Assembly (NCBI GenBank): GCA_965205015.1
Contig: OZ242029.1
Location: 1,184,001-1,248,000, forward strand
DNA length: 64,000 nucleotides
Origin: Candidatus Poribacteria bacterium
GTDB lineage: Bacteria > Poribacteria > WGA-4E > WGA-3G
Direction of reading: 5' to 3'
Below, piece by piece: positions 1 through 9,744 of this stretch. Position 1 is the first letter of the stretch; each line of letters starts with the position of its first letter. Under the pieces are notes generated by a model, which was not told the origin of the DNA, ran no database searches, and saw only the letters and a list, made by a program, of their open reading frames with translations. The position numbers and the translations under genes were made by a program.

Positions 1-248
1 TATTGCTTTAAGCCGTCTTGCACGTTCTGTAAAGTTGGATCGGGTGTTACATCGGAGAAACAGGTGCTACTTATACCAGCAGCACGTAAATTTTGTGCGA
101 TCTTGTCGGCGTATCCGATCTTAGCGATACCCGGATCCGTCACGATGAGAGCATTCGTCGCGCCGATCCGCTTCGCCTGTTTGCCGACGTTTTCGGACGC
201 GCCTGTCCCTGTAATTATTGTGGATGGAAGCATTAATGTCGCAGACAA
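1..248 (-). CDS. Iron-containing alcohol dehydrogenase, N-terminal part (runs off window)
   Basis: Own translation from TTG at 248: MSATLMLPSTIITGTGASENVGKQAKRIGATNALIVTDPGIAKIGYADKI...FSDVTPDPTLQNVQDGL, a typical Fe-ADH N-terminus; AGGA upstream. Confidence 0.85.
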   Translation of the reverse strand, partial: MSATLMLPSTIITGTGASENVGKQAKRIGATNALIVTDPGIAKIGYADKIAQNLRAAGISSTCFSDVTPDPTLQNVQDGLKQ

Positions 249-258
249 TTTTTAATTC

Positions 259-459
259 CTATGGTGATTTCCCGCCCAACCGTGTGTGATGATGAAAGAT
301 TTCTATCCACTCATCAACAATCTCGCATAACTGCCGATACACTTCGATTTCATCAGGACCATGAGCACACGGACCGATGATTCCCGGACAATATCCGATG
401 AAGCATTCGTCTTCGTCCGACCATTCAACGATCTTGACGTACTTGGCACTTTCAGTCAT
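259..459 (-). CDS. HicB-like antitoxin-fold small protein (solo)
   Basis: YVKIVEWSDEDECFIGYCPGIIGPCAHG..EEV-like pattern of the HicB N-terminal domain; no HicA gene adjacent. Confidence 0.65.
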   Translation of the reverse strand: MTESAKYVKIVEWSDEDECFIGYCPGIIGPCAHGPDEIEVYRQLCEIVDEWIEIFHHHTRLGGKSP

Positions 460-472
460 CTTTGAGACTCCT

Positions 473-2083
473 CTAATGCCGGAAATGCCGCACGCCTGTC
501 AGGACCATTGCCATACCGTAAGCGTCCGCAGTTTCGATCACAGGTGTGTCATTGACAGAGCCCCCGGGCTGAATAATGGCACGAATGCCCGCCTCACCCG
601 CAATTTCAACACCATCGGGGAACGGGAAGTAGGCATCCGAGGCTAACACCGCCCCCTTTGCCTTTTCACCCGCCTTCCGGATAGCGATGATCGCGGCATC
701 CACACGACTCATCTGCCCCGCGCCGATACCGACGCTTTGTGTGCCGTTGGCAAGCAGGATGCAATTCGATTTGACATGTTTACACGCCTTCCATGCGAAA
801 AGAAGGGATTTCATTTCTGCTTCCGTTGGCGCACGGGAGGTTGCGATCTCTAAATCGTTAGCATCTAAGTCGTGGACATCTGGATCCTGGACGAGTACCC
901 CCCCGGTAATGTTGCGAATTTGGAAGATTGGTTCTGTAGCCGAGAGCGATCCGGCTTCAAGAATCGGGCGGCGTTTGACACGAGACAAAGCCCGCAGCGC
1001 CTTTTCGGTATAACTGGGTGCGATAATTGCGTCAATTTTCACACCTGCCTTCGCGGCTTCGCGAATGATGTTTGCGGTCTGGAGTGTCACTCTACGATTT
1101 AAACCCACAATCGAACCGAAAGCAGAAGTCCGATCACATTCCAAGGCGTTCGCGAAAGCCGCTTGCAGATTTTCTGCCGTTGCCAGTCCACACGGATTAT
1201 TATGCTTGATAATAGCGCAAGTAGGGGTCTCGAAGTCCTTGACGATCTCTAAGGCGGCTTCTAAATCAAGGAGGTTATTGAAAGAGAGGGGCTGTCCACT
1301 GAGTTGGTTTGCCCACGCAGCGCAAGCACTTGGACTGGCTTCAGTTTTGTAGAAAGCGGCACGCTGATGTGGGTTTTCGCCATAACGGAGCGTGCGCTCC
1401 TTCTTGAAATGGAGTGTCAGGTTATCCGCGAATTCGTCTGTTTCGGAACCCTCTGTTTGATTAACCTCCCTATCCCCGCTTATCAGGGGGGAAGTATCAT
1501 TGGTGAGATAGGCGGCAATTGCGGTATCATAGTGCGCAGTATGGGCAAAGGCTGCTTTTGCGAGTTCAAACCGCCTCTCCTCCGAAAGACAGCCGTCGTT
1601 GGCATCTAAATCGGCGATGATTTCGGGGTATTGACTCGCCTTTGTGAGGACAGCGACATGCCGATAATTCTTCGCTGCGGCGCGGATCATTGTAGGACCC
1701 CCGATGTCGATGTTTTCAATCGCTTCCGGGAGCGTTACGTCAGGCTTGGCGACGGTTGCCTCAAACGGATACAAATTGCAAACTACCATGTCAATGGCGG
1801 TAATGCCGTGTGCCGCCGCTTGGGCAGTGTGATCAGCATTATCCCAATCCGCAAGGAGTCCACCATGAATTTTGGGATGGAGCGTTTTGACTCTACCCTC
1901 AAGCATTTCGGGAAAGCCGGTGTCGTCAGAAACATCAAGAATTTCAATCCCAGCATCTCGTAAGTGTTTGGCTGTGCCACCAGTAGAGAGAATTTCCACA
2001 CCACGGTGTGTGAGGGCATTGGCTATTTCTAAAAGGTTCGTTTTGTCGTAAACGCTGATTAAAGCGCGCTTTATCTCTTTCAT
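473..2083 (-). CDS. purH: Bifunctional AICAR transformylase/IMP cyclohydrolase
   Basis: RALISVYDK, STGGTA, GRVKTLHP, IDIGGP, LRYGENPHQ, KHNNPCG, GQMSRVD, QPGGS, RHFRH motifs; start set at MKEIKR (2083). Confidence 0.97.
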   Translation of the reverse strand: MKEIKRALISVYDKTNLLEIANALTHRGVEILSTGGTAKHLRDAGIEILDVSDDTGFPEMLEGRVKTLHPKIHGGLLADWDNADHTAQAAAHGITAIDMVVCNLYPFEATVAKPDVTLPEAIENIDIGGPTMIRAAAKNYRHVAVLTKASQYPEIIADLDANDGCLSEERRFELAKAAFAHTAHYDTAIAAYLTNDTSPLISGDREVNQTEGSETDEFADNLTLHFKKERTLRYGENPHQRAAFYKTEASPSACAAWANQLSGQPLSFNNLLDLEAALEIVKDFETPTCAIIKHNNPCGLATAENLQAAFANALECDRTSAFGSIVGLNRRVTLQTANIIREAAKAGVKIDAIIAPSYTEKALRALSRVKRRPILEAGSLSATEPIFQIRNITGGVLVQDPDVHDLDANDLEIATSRAPTEAEMKSLLFAWKACKHVKSNCILLANGTQSVGIGAGQMSRVDAAIIAIRKAGEKAKGAVLASDAYFPFPDGVEIAGEAGIRAIIQPGGSVNDTPVIETADAYGMAMVLTGVRHFRH

Positions 2084-2236
2084 TCTTTTAATGTTCCTTG
2101 GGGTTAAACGACGCGAGATTGGCATTTAACGCGCTTTTCTTAAATCTGAAGAAACACCAAGCAAAAACCCTTCCACTTCGTTTCAGACTAAGTTCTCGCC
2201 GTTAATTTTAATCCTCTTCAGCCTTTTATCCTTTGT

Positions 2237-3556
2237 TCAGACCACGTATCGTGGGAATCCGAATCCGTCGTTAGCGACGTGGCTTCGCGCAGGGATCTGT
2301 GAGCGGTCGGGGATGATTAGGTCCATCTCTGAGGTGTTTTCAACCACAGTGCCGTCTCCGATACGGACGGCTTCGCCGATATAGATTTTACCGGGGGCTT
2401 CGGAGGCACCCCGGATGGTTCCAATGACAACGGAAGAACCGATTCGGCATCGGGGTCCCGTTTCAACAAACCCATATATCTCCGTGTTTGTGCCGACAGT
2501 GGAGTGTTCGGCGATCTGGACAGGTCCGAGCAGACTGGTGTCCGTGCCGATCTCAACGAAGTCTCCAATGACGGGGTGCCGCTGCTTCACTTTGACGCTT
2601 AAGCCACCGAGCGTGCAGGGATAGATCACGCATCCTGAGCCGATGATGCCCGTCTGCCCAGTGGTTACGCCGCGATGTGGGTGTTCCAAGAAATTGGCAT
2701 CGCCTATCTGCGTTTCTGGGTGCAAATCGGCTTGATAGTAGCGTCCACCGAGTTCCGAGATGGCGCGCGGCAGCAATGGGACAGGGGTTCTATGAATGTT
2801 CGGGCTCTCCTCAAGATCATCACTGCGTGTTAAAGCGTGGGCAACATCGTGGTAAAAGAGAACACGCCACCCCGGATACGTACTCCCTACCAATTGGAGC
2901 TGATAATCCAAAACAGACGCGAGATTCAAACTGCCCAGAAAGTCTTGGTAGGGCTCAAAGGTTCGTTCCTGAATTGCGGTGTCAATTTGGGAACGAAAAT
3001 CAAGGGCGGCGAGCTTTTCACGCGAAATACCGGTGTGGAGAAGATAGGCGTCCCAGACAGCCGGATCTTTAAGAGAGGCGAAGCGATTCCAGAGGGCGCG
3101 ACTTTTGAGCCGTGGTAGTTCCCAGAGGAGCGAAAAAGCCGTTTCAAGCGCAGCATCTTCGGAGGTCACGCGATCCCGATCATCGGGATGGGGTACATCC
3201 GAGAGCCGCGTTTCGTCTGTAACAGCCAAAAACGACTGTGCGACCATCGCATATAACTGGTCCGCCACCTCTTCAATCGCCTCTGAGAGTTCGCGCCTTT
3301 GGTTATGCAACTGCGGGGCGTTATGGGACCCCGGTGCCACGCATTCCAGCAAATTGCCGAGCACGGTCTCAAGAATATCACGATTGACAAATCCACGTCC
3401 AGAGCGTTGTGCTAACCCCTCTCGACTCATGCTGTCAATACGCAAAGCATCCAATTCAGACTGGCTATAGATAGGACGCAGGCGTTTCAGCGTTTGGGTT
3501 AATAGCAGTTTCTTTCGGTGTTCGTAAGATACGTCGAAAAGTGTAGTTTCAGCCAT
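2237..3556 (-). CDS. Serine O-acetyltransferase-like left-handed beta-helix protein with long N-terminal domain
   Basis: ADLHPETQIG..FLEHPHRGV..TLGG..RHPVIG hexapeptide region resembles CysE; start MAETT at 3556, 4 nt after the upstream gene. Confidence 0.7.
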   Translation of the reverse strand: MAETTLFDVSYEHRKKLLLTQTLKRLRPIYSQSELDALRIDSMSREGLAQRSGRGFVNRDILETVLGNLLECVAPGSHNAPQLHNQRRELSEAIEEVADQLYAMVAQSFLAVTDETRLSDVPHPDDRDRVTSEDAALETAFSLLWELPRLKSRALWNRFASLKDPAVWDAYLLHTGISREKLAALDFRSQIDTAIQERTFEPYQDFLGSLNLASVLDYQLQLVGSTYPGWRVLFYHDVAHALTRSDDLEESPNIHRTPVPLLPRAISELGGRYYQADLHPETQIGDANFLEHPHRGVTTGQTGIIGSGCVIYPCTLGGLSVKVKQRHPVIGDFVEIGTDTSLLGPVQIAEHSTVGTNTEIYGFVETGPRCRIGSSVVIGTIRGASEAPGKIYIGEAVRIGDGTVVENTSEMDLIIPDRSQIPARSHVANDGFGFPRYVV

Positions 3557-3560
3557 TTTT

Positions 3561-4688
3561 TTAAAAAGCTTCCTGTGCAGCCGTAACGCCAGCACCGAGT
3601 GGGACCTCATATCCGATGGAGCAGAGACCTCGCTCGAAGGCAGAGATAGCAACAATCGCATCGTTTTCATTCATCCATCCGAGATGTGCGATCCGGACGA
3701 TTTTCCCACTTAACTGACTCTGACCCCCCGCATAGGTGACACCGTATGTGTCGCGCATCAGATTGATAAACGCCTTTCCATCAATTTCCGCTGGTAAGCG
3801 AATAGAGGTCAAAGTATTCGCAGGAGACGCCGCGAAGAGGGAAAGACCGAGTGCTTTAACCGCATTTCGGGTCGCGACTGCCAAGCGATTGTGGCGGGCA
3901 ATAGTCCTGCGGATACCCTCTACAGAGATGCGATGCAGCGCACATTGAAGCGCCGTCAGGAGTGTTATTGCCGGTGTGTAGGGCACAGAACCCTCCAAAC
4001 CGCTTTGGTGTGCTTTTCGGAAGTCGAGATAGTATTTCGGAAGGTCAGAACACGCAACAGCATCCCAGGCACGCTGATTGAGCGCAGCGAACGCCAGACC
4101 GGGCGGGGTCATCAAGCCTTTTTGGGAGCAGGACACAACAACGTCCACACCCCAACTATCCATCTGTAAATCGTCGGCAGCGAGCGCGCTGACGGCATCA
4201 ACAATCAAAAGTGTCGGACGCACTCGCGTTAGACTCGCCAGTGCCTCAATGTCGTGCAAAGCACCCGTCGATGTCTCACAGAGCGTTGCAAAAACCGCTT
4301 TTACATCGGGATGCTCCGTTAGGAGTGCTTCAACTGCCTGGGGTTCAACAGAATGCCCCCATGTCACGTCAATCGGGATCACTTCGATCCCATAAGCGAT
4401 ACAGATGTCGCTCCAGCGTTCCCCGAATTTACCGCTCCGGATGACAATGACTTTGTCTTCACGCGCTAAAAGATTCGCGACTGCGCCCTCCATCGCACCG
4501 GTTCCGGACGACGTTAGAAAGAGGACATCATTCTCAGTTTGGAAAACGTGTTTGAGTTTTTCAAGAACGTCTTTAATGAGCGTTACAGCGGCACCGCTGC
4601 GGTGATAATCGATCGGTTGCGCCATCGCCAATAGGGCTTCGGGCGGAATTGGCGTGGGACCGGGTGTAAAAAGCAATTTCTTTTTCAT
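3561..4688 (-). CDS. Class V PLP aminotransferase (alanine-glyoxylate/serine-pyruvate family)
   Basis: LFTPGPT, SSGTGAME, ETSTG, VDAVS, SQKGLMTPPGL, RIAHLG. Confidence 0.92.
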   Translation of the reverse strand: MKKKLLFTPGPTPIPPEALLAMAQPIDYHRSGAAVTLIKDVLEKLKHVFQTENDVLFLTSSGTGAMEGAVANLLAREDKVIVIRSGKFGERWSDICIAYGIEVIPIDVTWGHSVEPQAVEALLTEHPDVKAVFATLCETSTGALHDIEALASLTRVRPTLLIVDAVSALAADDLQMDSWGVDVVVSCSQKGLMTPPGLAFAALNQRAWDAVACSDLPKYYLDFRKAHQSGLEGSVPYTPAITLLTALQCALHRISVEGIRRTIARHNRLAVATRNAVKALGLSLFAASPANTLTSIRLPAEIDGKAFINLMRDTYGVTYAGGQSQLSGKIVRIAHLGWMNENDAIVAISAFERGLCSIGYEVPLGAGVTAAQEAF

Positions 4689-4694
4689 ATTAAA

Positions 4695-4910
4695 TTAGGC
4701 AGTGTTAACAGCCACAACCGTTTTGCCCTCAACGTTCACAATAACCCATTCTTGGTCGAGGAGTTCGCACAACTCTATAATTGCGGTACGTTGTGCTGTG
4801 CTATCCATCGGTACCTCAATGGTGAGCGTGGCGAATTCTTCCTTTTGTATTTCGCCCTGTTTATCAAATTTCATTGGCGTAATCTGAATTTTTTTCAATT
4901 TGGCATCCAT
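4695..4910 (-). CDS. Small hypothetical protein (71 aa), first gene of aminotransferase operon
   Basis: GGAGG upstream, protein-like composition, 6 nt from next gene. Confidence 0.7.
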   Translation of the reverse strand: MDAKLKKIQITPMKFDKQGEIQKEEFATLTIEVPMDSTAQRTAIIELCELLDQEWVIVNVEGKTVVAVNTA

Positions 4911-5054
4911 ATTTTTAATTAGGACCTCCTGGACTGCTGCGTCCGTTGTTCTTGTAGGTTTTCGGTTAATTCGTGGCTGGGTTTGGGAATTTTCACGTTT
5001 CTAAAGTGTCAACAGATTGGAAGGCGGTTTTCCATTCGTGTCTCCATTCCTCCG

Positions 5055-6068
5055 TCAATATATATCATTCATGAACGTTGCGACATCCATACACGCTCCG
5101 CCGCGTCGGGAAGACTCCCACCCCGCTAAAATAGGGGCTAAAGAGAAAAGCCCATCGTCATAATCACTCTGCAGAAGACTCGGATCCGCAGACTGAACGG
5201 CACGGATAAAGGTTTTGTCCTGTTCCAACCACGGATCAAATGCGTCGGCGTGGTAAAGGACCTCGCCATTTACCACAATCCTATCATATCCGTGAATTTC
5301 AAGGCATCCGCCTTCATAGAAGATCGTAAATCTCGGTTCGGCTTGCGGACTTGAACCCGCTGCGACAAAGTTGAGCGTCATCGTAGCCCCGTTCTCAAGA
5401 CAGTAATTGAAACTTGTAGACAGCGCATTCGCGTAAGTTGGACGTTCACAATAAAACGCTTGAGATTTCGCAACGTTCAACCCCGTCATGAATCGGGTAT
5501 AATCGGTTGCGTGAACCCCCCAATCGAGGGCACTGCCCCCAGATTTGTCCATCTCCTCCCACCATGTTTTGGGACCTCCTTCTGCTGAAGGTGGTAAACC
5601 CCCGAAACTCTGAAACCGGACGTGCACGACGTGCTTGTCGCGCAAATATCGGCGTGCTTCTTGGAAGATCGGACGATAGCGTTCACGAAACCCAACGGTG
5701 CTGATCACGCCTGCTTGCTGAATGGCAGTGTTGATTCGGTGTGCCACCTGCATCGTGAGTGCCTGCGGCTTTTCACTGAAGATGTGGATCCCCTTTTCTG
5801 CAGCGGTCGACTCAACATTGGTTCGGACGTATGCCGGCACGATAGAGTATAGCACGTCAATTGCCTCGGTGTCAAGCATTTCGTGAGCGTCTTGGTAGAC
5901 GCTTGGAATCTTGAAACGTTTGGCGGTTTCCTGTGCCGTTTGTGAGTTGCTATCGCATGCAGCGACAATATCTACTGAACGTGTTTGTAATAGGTTCGGG
6001 ATTCGGGTTCGGTTCGCGAAGTTTCCACATCCGTAGAAAGCGACCCGGACGCGTTGTGCTGTTGACAC
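5055..6068 (-). CDS. Gfo/Idh/MocA family oxidoreductase
   Basis: VAFYGCG, EKP, GGSALDWGVHATD; GTG start about 10 nt after GGAG. Confidence 0.9.
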   Translation of the reverse strand: MSTAQRVRVAFYGCGNFANRTRIPNLLQTRSVDIVAACDSNSQTAQETAKRFKIPSVYQDAHEMLDTEAIDVLYSIVPAYVRTNVESTAAEKGIHIFSEKPQALTMQVAHRINTAIQQAGVISTVGFRERYRPIFQEARRYLRDKHVVHVRFQSFGGLPPSAEGGPKTWWEEMDKSGGSALDWGVHATDYTRFMTGLNVAKSQAFYCERPTYANALSTSFNYCLENGATMTLNFVAAGSSPQAEPRFTIFYEGGCLEIHGYDRIVVNGEVLYHADAFDPWLEQDKTFIRAVQSADPSLLQSDYDDGLFSLAPILAGWESSRRGGACMDVATFMNDIY

Positions 6069-6085
6069 GATAAACATTCTCCAAA

Positions 6086-7000
6086 TTATTCCCGCCACGG
6101 CGGAACATCCCATGTGTTGAACCAGTCCCATTTCCAGATAACCCGTTTCTTTGGCATTTCTACTTCGTATTCTATGCCTGCGGTGAAAGGGAGGAGGTGC
6201 GTTCTGTCTCCGACTATTTCACGAATTGATTCGATAAACGCCATTTCATCGGTGACGTTTGGGGGCCAATGTCCAGCGGGTATCGGGTCGGATTTTCGAT
6301 CGGTTCGGTAATGCGTGGGTATCACGAAGCGCGGTTGGATTAAGTCCACAAGTTCTATGAGTCGAGACGCAAGTCCTTCGCCGAGACCGAGTTTCATGTG
6401 GATAAGGAAATCCACCTTGCCTTGGAGGTTCACCAACGCTGGATAGGGTTCGTGCAAATCGCCCGTGTGTAAGACAGAGACATCCTGTGTTGTGTGTGTT
6501 ATCAGATACCCATTTGTCGGTAGATTCGGCGTTTGGTTCTCGCCGCTTTCAATCGTTTCGACGCGAATATCCCCGAGATCGAGCGGATCTGAACCTTGAA
6601 AGGCGCGTGATGTCCCTTGCTTCTCGTTGAGATGTTTTGGGTAGAGCACCTCGACTTTATCAGCCGGGACATGTTTCGTAATCGGTAAGTCGCGTTTAAA
6701 AGCGGCATCCCCGTATTTCTCAGCGATGGGTTGTGCGGGTGTCATACAACCGAGGTTGACGAATAATTTTTTAAAACGCGTACCGCGACACAATTTCTGT
6801 AAAGTTATGGGGTGGCAGTGGTCGAAGTGTTCATGGGATATGAAGATGTAGTCGTATATCGGTTCGGCATCCGCTAAGTTCTGATCAAACAGGTATGGAT
6901 CGAAAGCGATATTCACATCTCCAAAACGCACGTCAAAGGCACCGCATCCCCACCATCTCAAATATATATTTCCCATTTTTCCCTCTGTTTCCGTACCCAT
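6086..7000 (-). CDS. MBL-fold metallo-hydrolase (UlaG-like)
   Basis: FDPY, SHEHFDHC, HTGD, IPTHY metal-binding motifs. Confidence 0.88.
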   Translation of the reverse strand: MGTETEGKMGNIYLRWWGCGAFDVRFGDVNIAFDPYLFDQNLADAEPIYDYIFISHEHFDHCHPITLQKLCRGTRFKKLFVNLGCMTPAQPIAEKYGDAAFKRDLPITKHVPADKVEVLYPKHLNEKQGTSRAFQGSDPLDLGDIRVETIESGENQTPNLPTNGYLITHTTQDVSVLHTGDLHEPYPALVNLQGKVDFLIHMKLGLGEGLASRLIELVDLIQPRFVIPTHYRTDRKSDPIPAGHWPPNVTDEMAFIESIREIVGDRTHLLPFTAGIEYEVEMPKKRVIWKWDWFNTWDVPPWRE

Positions 7001-7001
7001 G

Positions 7002-7418
7002 TCAATCTCGTTTTATGCCGACGATTACATCCTCAGATGACACGTCTTCGGGTATAACGACAAAAATCTTTCCAGCGTCGCAGTTCTCGCTCTGCGTTTT
7101 CAGATACTTCGCTATTTCAACTTCATCCAGAAGAACTGCCCCCTCTGTATCAGATTCGGGCGTAGGTCCGAGGGGTGTCCCAAACTTCCGAATCCATTTG
7201 AAGACGGTACTCGGCGATACTGAAAACTTCCGCGCGATGGTGCTGATAGAAATCCCACGACAGTAGAGGAACACCGCTAAGGCTCTCTGCCACGGTGGTC
7301 TTCCACGGGTGGTAAGTCGTGTAAACTGAAATCCACAAGATTTACATTTATAACGTTGGCGTTCCCTGGCTTTCCCATTTTTGACGGCATTTTCCCGTTT
7401 GCAGCGCGGACAGTTCAT
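7002..7418 (-). CDS. IS1-family InsA-like Zn-ribbon/HTH protein; InsB decayed
   Basis: CPRC..VKNG..QRYKCKSC zinc ribbon, HTH ISTIARKFSVSPSTVFKWIR, LLDE; no intact DDE domain follows. Confidence 0.85.
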   Translation of the reverse strand: MNCPRCKRENAVKNGKARERQRYKCKSCGFQFTRLTTRGRPPWQRALAVFLYCRGISISTIARKFSVSPSTVFKWIRKFGTPLGPTPESDTEGAVLLDEVEIAKYLKTQSENCDAGKIFVVIPEDVSSEDVIVGIKRD

Positions 7419-7540
7419 CGCGGTGTCCTCCTCTCAAAATGTGATAGGAGTAAAGTATACCATAAAAATGATTACGATGCAACAAACTCGGTTATCAAAT
7501 GATGACTTTCCATAGGGTCATTTATGGTGGACCTTAGAAT

Positions 7541-7657
7541 TATAGTAAAGTTTAGAATTAATTAGACACTTTAAAGAGGCGAGGATACAATCCTCGCCAG
7601 CGGCGGAGAGGATTGTTTCGCTCAGCAACTGTCTACATATTTTTCGACTTTACTATA
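7541..7657. mobile_element. 117-bp MITE-like element (copy 1), TA-flanked
   Basis: Ends TATAGTAAAGT...ACTTTACTATA (perfect 11 bp, imperfect 28 bp); copy at 34615-34731 differs by one base; internal GGCGAGG..CCTCGCC hairpin. Confidence 0.85.
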
Positions 7658-7685
7658 AATGGACATTATGGACCTGTGCGTTGGC

Positions 7686-7737
7686 GGGCAGTTACAAGAC
7701 CTCAGGAAACACCCAAGCACAAGCAAAAACCCCCTAC
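7686..7737. repeat. GTAG-type REP-like element (GGGCAGG..GACC..CCCTAC family) with internal insert
   Basis: Related copies at 34557-34602, 45844-45890 and 61292-61371. Confidence 0.7.
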
Positions 7738-7975
7738 GAGGGGTCTGTTTATTTTTCGGGGTTACCACAGTTTTTGCTATTTTCAATGGATATGGAAAAT
7801 TTTTCCCTTGTTATTTTTTTTTGCATTGTATATTATATGTGTAGGCGGAAATTTGTAAGCCAACACAATACACAGCAGAAAAAATTTGGGCAGAAGGTTG
7901 TCAGTCTTCATCAGAACTTTGGTAGGAGCACACTGTGCTCGCGACGCGCCCCAGCGCGTAAAGGAGAACACAATC

Positions 7976-8995
7976 ATGGCAGGGAAACTGAAAGTAGCAG
8001 CAGTTGGGTGCGGTGGCATCGGGCACCGTCATCAACTGGGGTATCTTCAGCATCCGGGTGCGGAATTGGTGGCAGTATGCGATATAGACACTGCTAAAGC
8101 GAAGACACGTGCTGAAGAGCTCGGCATAGAGAAGTGGTACCCTTCTATCAAAGAGATGCTTGCGAATGAAGAGTGCGACCTCGTAGACGTTGTAACCGCT
8201 GATTATCTGCACTTTGAACCCGTGATGGAATGTCTGGAAGCCGAGAAACACGTTATCTCTGAAAAACCGTTGTCCCTTTACATCGATGAAGCCGAACAGA
8301 TGGTTGCGAAGGCAGACGAAAAAGGCGTCTACCTTGCTATTGATTACAATCGTCGGTTTGCGCCTGGATACGTTCAAGCACGGAAGTGGTTTGACGCGGG
8401 TGCTATCGGGCAGACCTATTACTTGGATATGAAATTATCTCAAGGTGGACCCGCCTCAACGTGGAAAGGCGAATATTACCTGCTCTATGAACTGGAAACC
8501 CACGCGATTGACCTGCTGCGATGGTTTGGCGGCGAAATTGTCGCCGTTTGCGTGCAAATGGCGAAGCCGCGGGAACATGAAACGCGTGAGGGTGAAGATG
8601 CATGTTATACCAGCATGGCTATCTCTTTCCGCTATGAAACAGAAACTGTTGCGACATTGATGGCGAGTTGGGACAGCGATTTTATTCACCCGATCGAGCG
8701 CCTCGAAATCTGCGGTTCTGATGGCGAAATTGTCGTTGATAATGTCTTGACCCGAGCGACTTTGATGAGACGGGATAACCAGGTCGTCGAAGAATACCGT
8801 CCCTCTATTTTTAGAGATGAACAACTTGCGTTTAATGGAACATTCGCCTTGCGGGTGGCTGCTCTTGTTGATGACTTACTCGCCGATCGATCGCCTGCTC
8901 CAACGGGAAGAGATGGGTTGCAAGCGTTAAGGATTACCGAAGCCATTGTGGAGTCATGGAAGGAAAAACGGGAAGTTACAGTCAAGATCGATTAA
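7976..8995 (+). CDS. Gfo/Idh/MocA family oxidoreductase
   Basis: AAVGCGGIG, SEKPL, YNRRF; AAGGAG RBS before ATG 7976. Confidence 0.92.
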   Translation: MAGKLKVAAVGCGGIGHRHQLGYLQHPGAELVAVCDIDTAKAKTRAEELGIEKWYPSIKEMLANEECDLVDVVTADYLHFEPVMECLEAEKHVISEKPLSLYIDEAEQMVAKADEKGVYLAIDYNRRFAPGYVQARKWFDAGAIGQTYYLDMKLSQGGPASTWKGEYYLLYELETHAIDLLRWFGGEIVAVCVQMAKPREHETREGEDACYTSMAISFRYETETVATLMASWDSDFIHPIERLEICGSDGEIVVDNVLTRATLMRRDNQVVEEYRPSIFRDEQLAFNGTFALRVAALVDDLLADRSPAPTGRDGLQALRITEAIVESWKEKREVTVKID

Positions 8996-9053
8996 GAACA
9001 ACAGGTAAACCATATCTCACGCAGCCCGTTTCTATATGCAAGGAGGAACAACC

Positions 9054-9740
9054 ATGAAACATTATCCGTCTTATTCAAGAAAATTTCGTCAGGTATTACG
9101 CACCGGTTCGTCATATTCAACAGTGGGTGCTTGCGTTGCCTCACTGGTTTTTGCGCTTCTGGCACTAAACTGTGGTCCACCCCCGCAGGGGCAGTACCAC
9201 GTCCCTGAAACGGCGATTGCTGCTGCGGAAAGGAACACGAGGCAGGGGTCCGGAGGGAGCGAAGTTAGCTTACCCGACAGTGCTACCGTCCAGTTGCAAA
9301 GACTGCCCTACGTCCGAAACGCCTTCAAAGAACCCCCGCGCGTTGGGAGCAGGGGCGGACTCGACGATTTTTATGCAACGACCCGTGGTCGCGTACAGAA
9401 TGTTGCTATTATTTCCAACTGTTCGCTCGATGTCTTAAAGGCATTTGTCGCAAAAGGATGGCCCCCTATTGTGATGATCCAATTCCAAGGACGAACCCCC
9501 GAGATCGTAATATTATCCGATTACAACGACCAATTGCGCGAGATGTCGCTCCAGAATCCGACCAGCCTTAACAAACGTCGATTGAGTTACACGGATTTTG
9601 AGGCATCTTGGAGCAAGAGTTCACGGAACAAATGTGCTTTAATCACACCACAACAACTCTCGGAAACAGACGTTCAGAACGTGTTAGGCAGATACTTACC
9701 TACAGACGCGTTCCAAGGGATTGGCGTGAGAAGTCGCTAA
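9054..9740 (+). CDS. Putative lipoprotein with C39-peptidase-like C-terminal fold
   Basis: AGGAGG RBS, hydrophobic segment and LALNC lipobox; GWPPIV..YND..LQNP..SYTDFEASW resembles the C39-like fold, catalytic His not evident. Confidence 0.55.
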   Translation: MKHYPSYSRKFRQVLRTGSSYSTVGACVASLVFALLALNCGPPPQGQYHVPETAIAAAERNTRQGSGGSEVSLPDSATVQLQRLPYVRNAFKEPPRVGSRGGLDDFYATTRGRVQNVAIISNCSLDVLKAFVAKGWPPIVMIQFQGRTPEIVILSDYNDQLREMSLQNPTSLNKRRLSYTDFEASWSKSSRNKCALITPQQLSETDVQNVLGRYLPTDAFQGIGVRSR

Positions 9741-9744
9741 ATGG

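Noticed and set aside
7613-7858. Short ORFs similar to those at 34391-34639
   Set aside because: Similarity comes from shared REP/MITE DNA, not coding conservation
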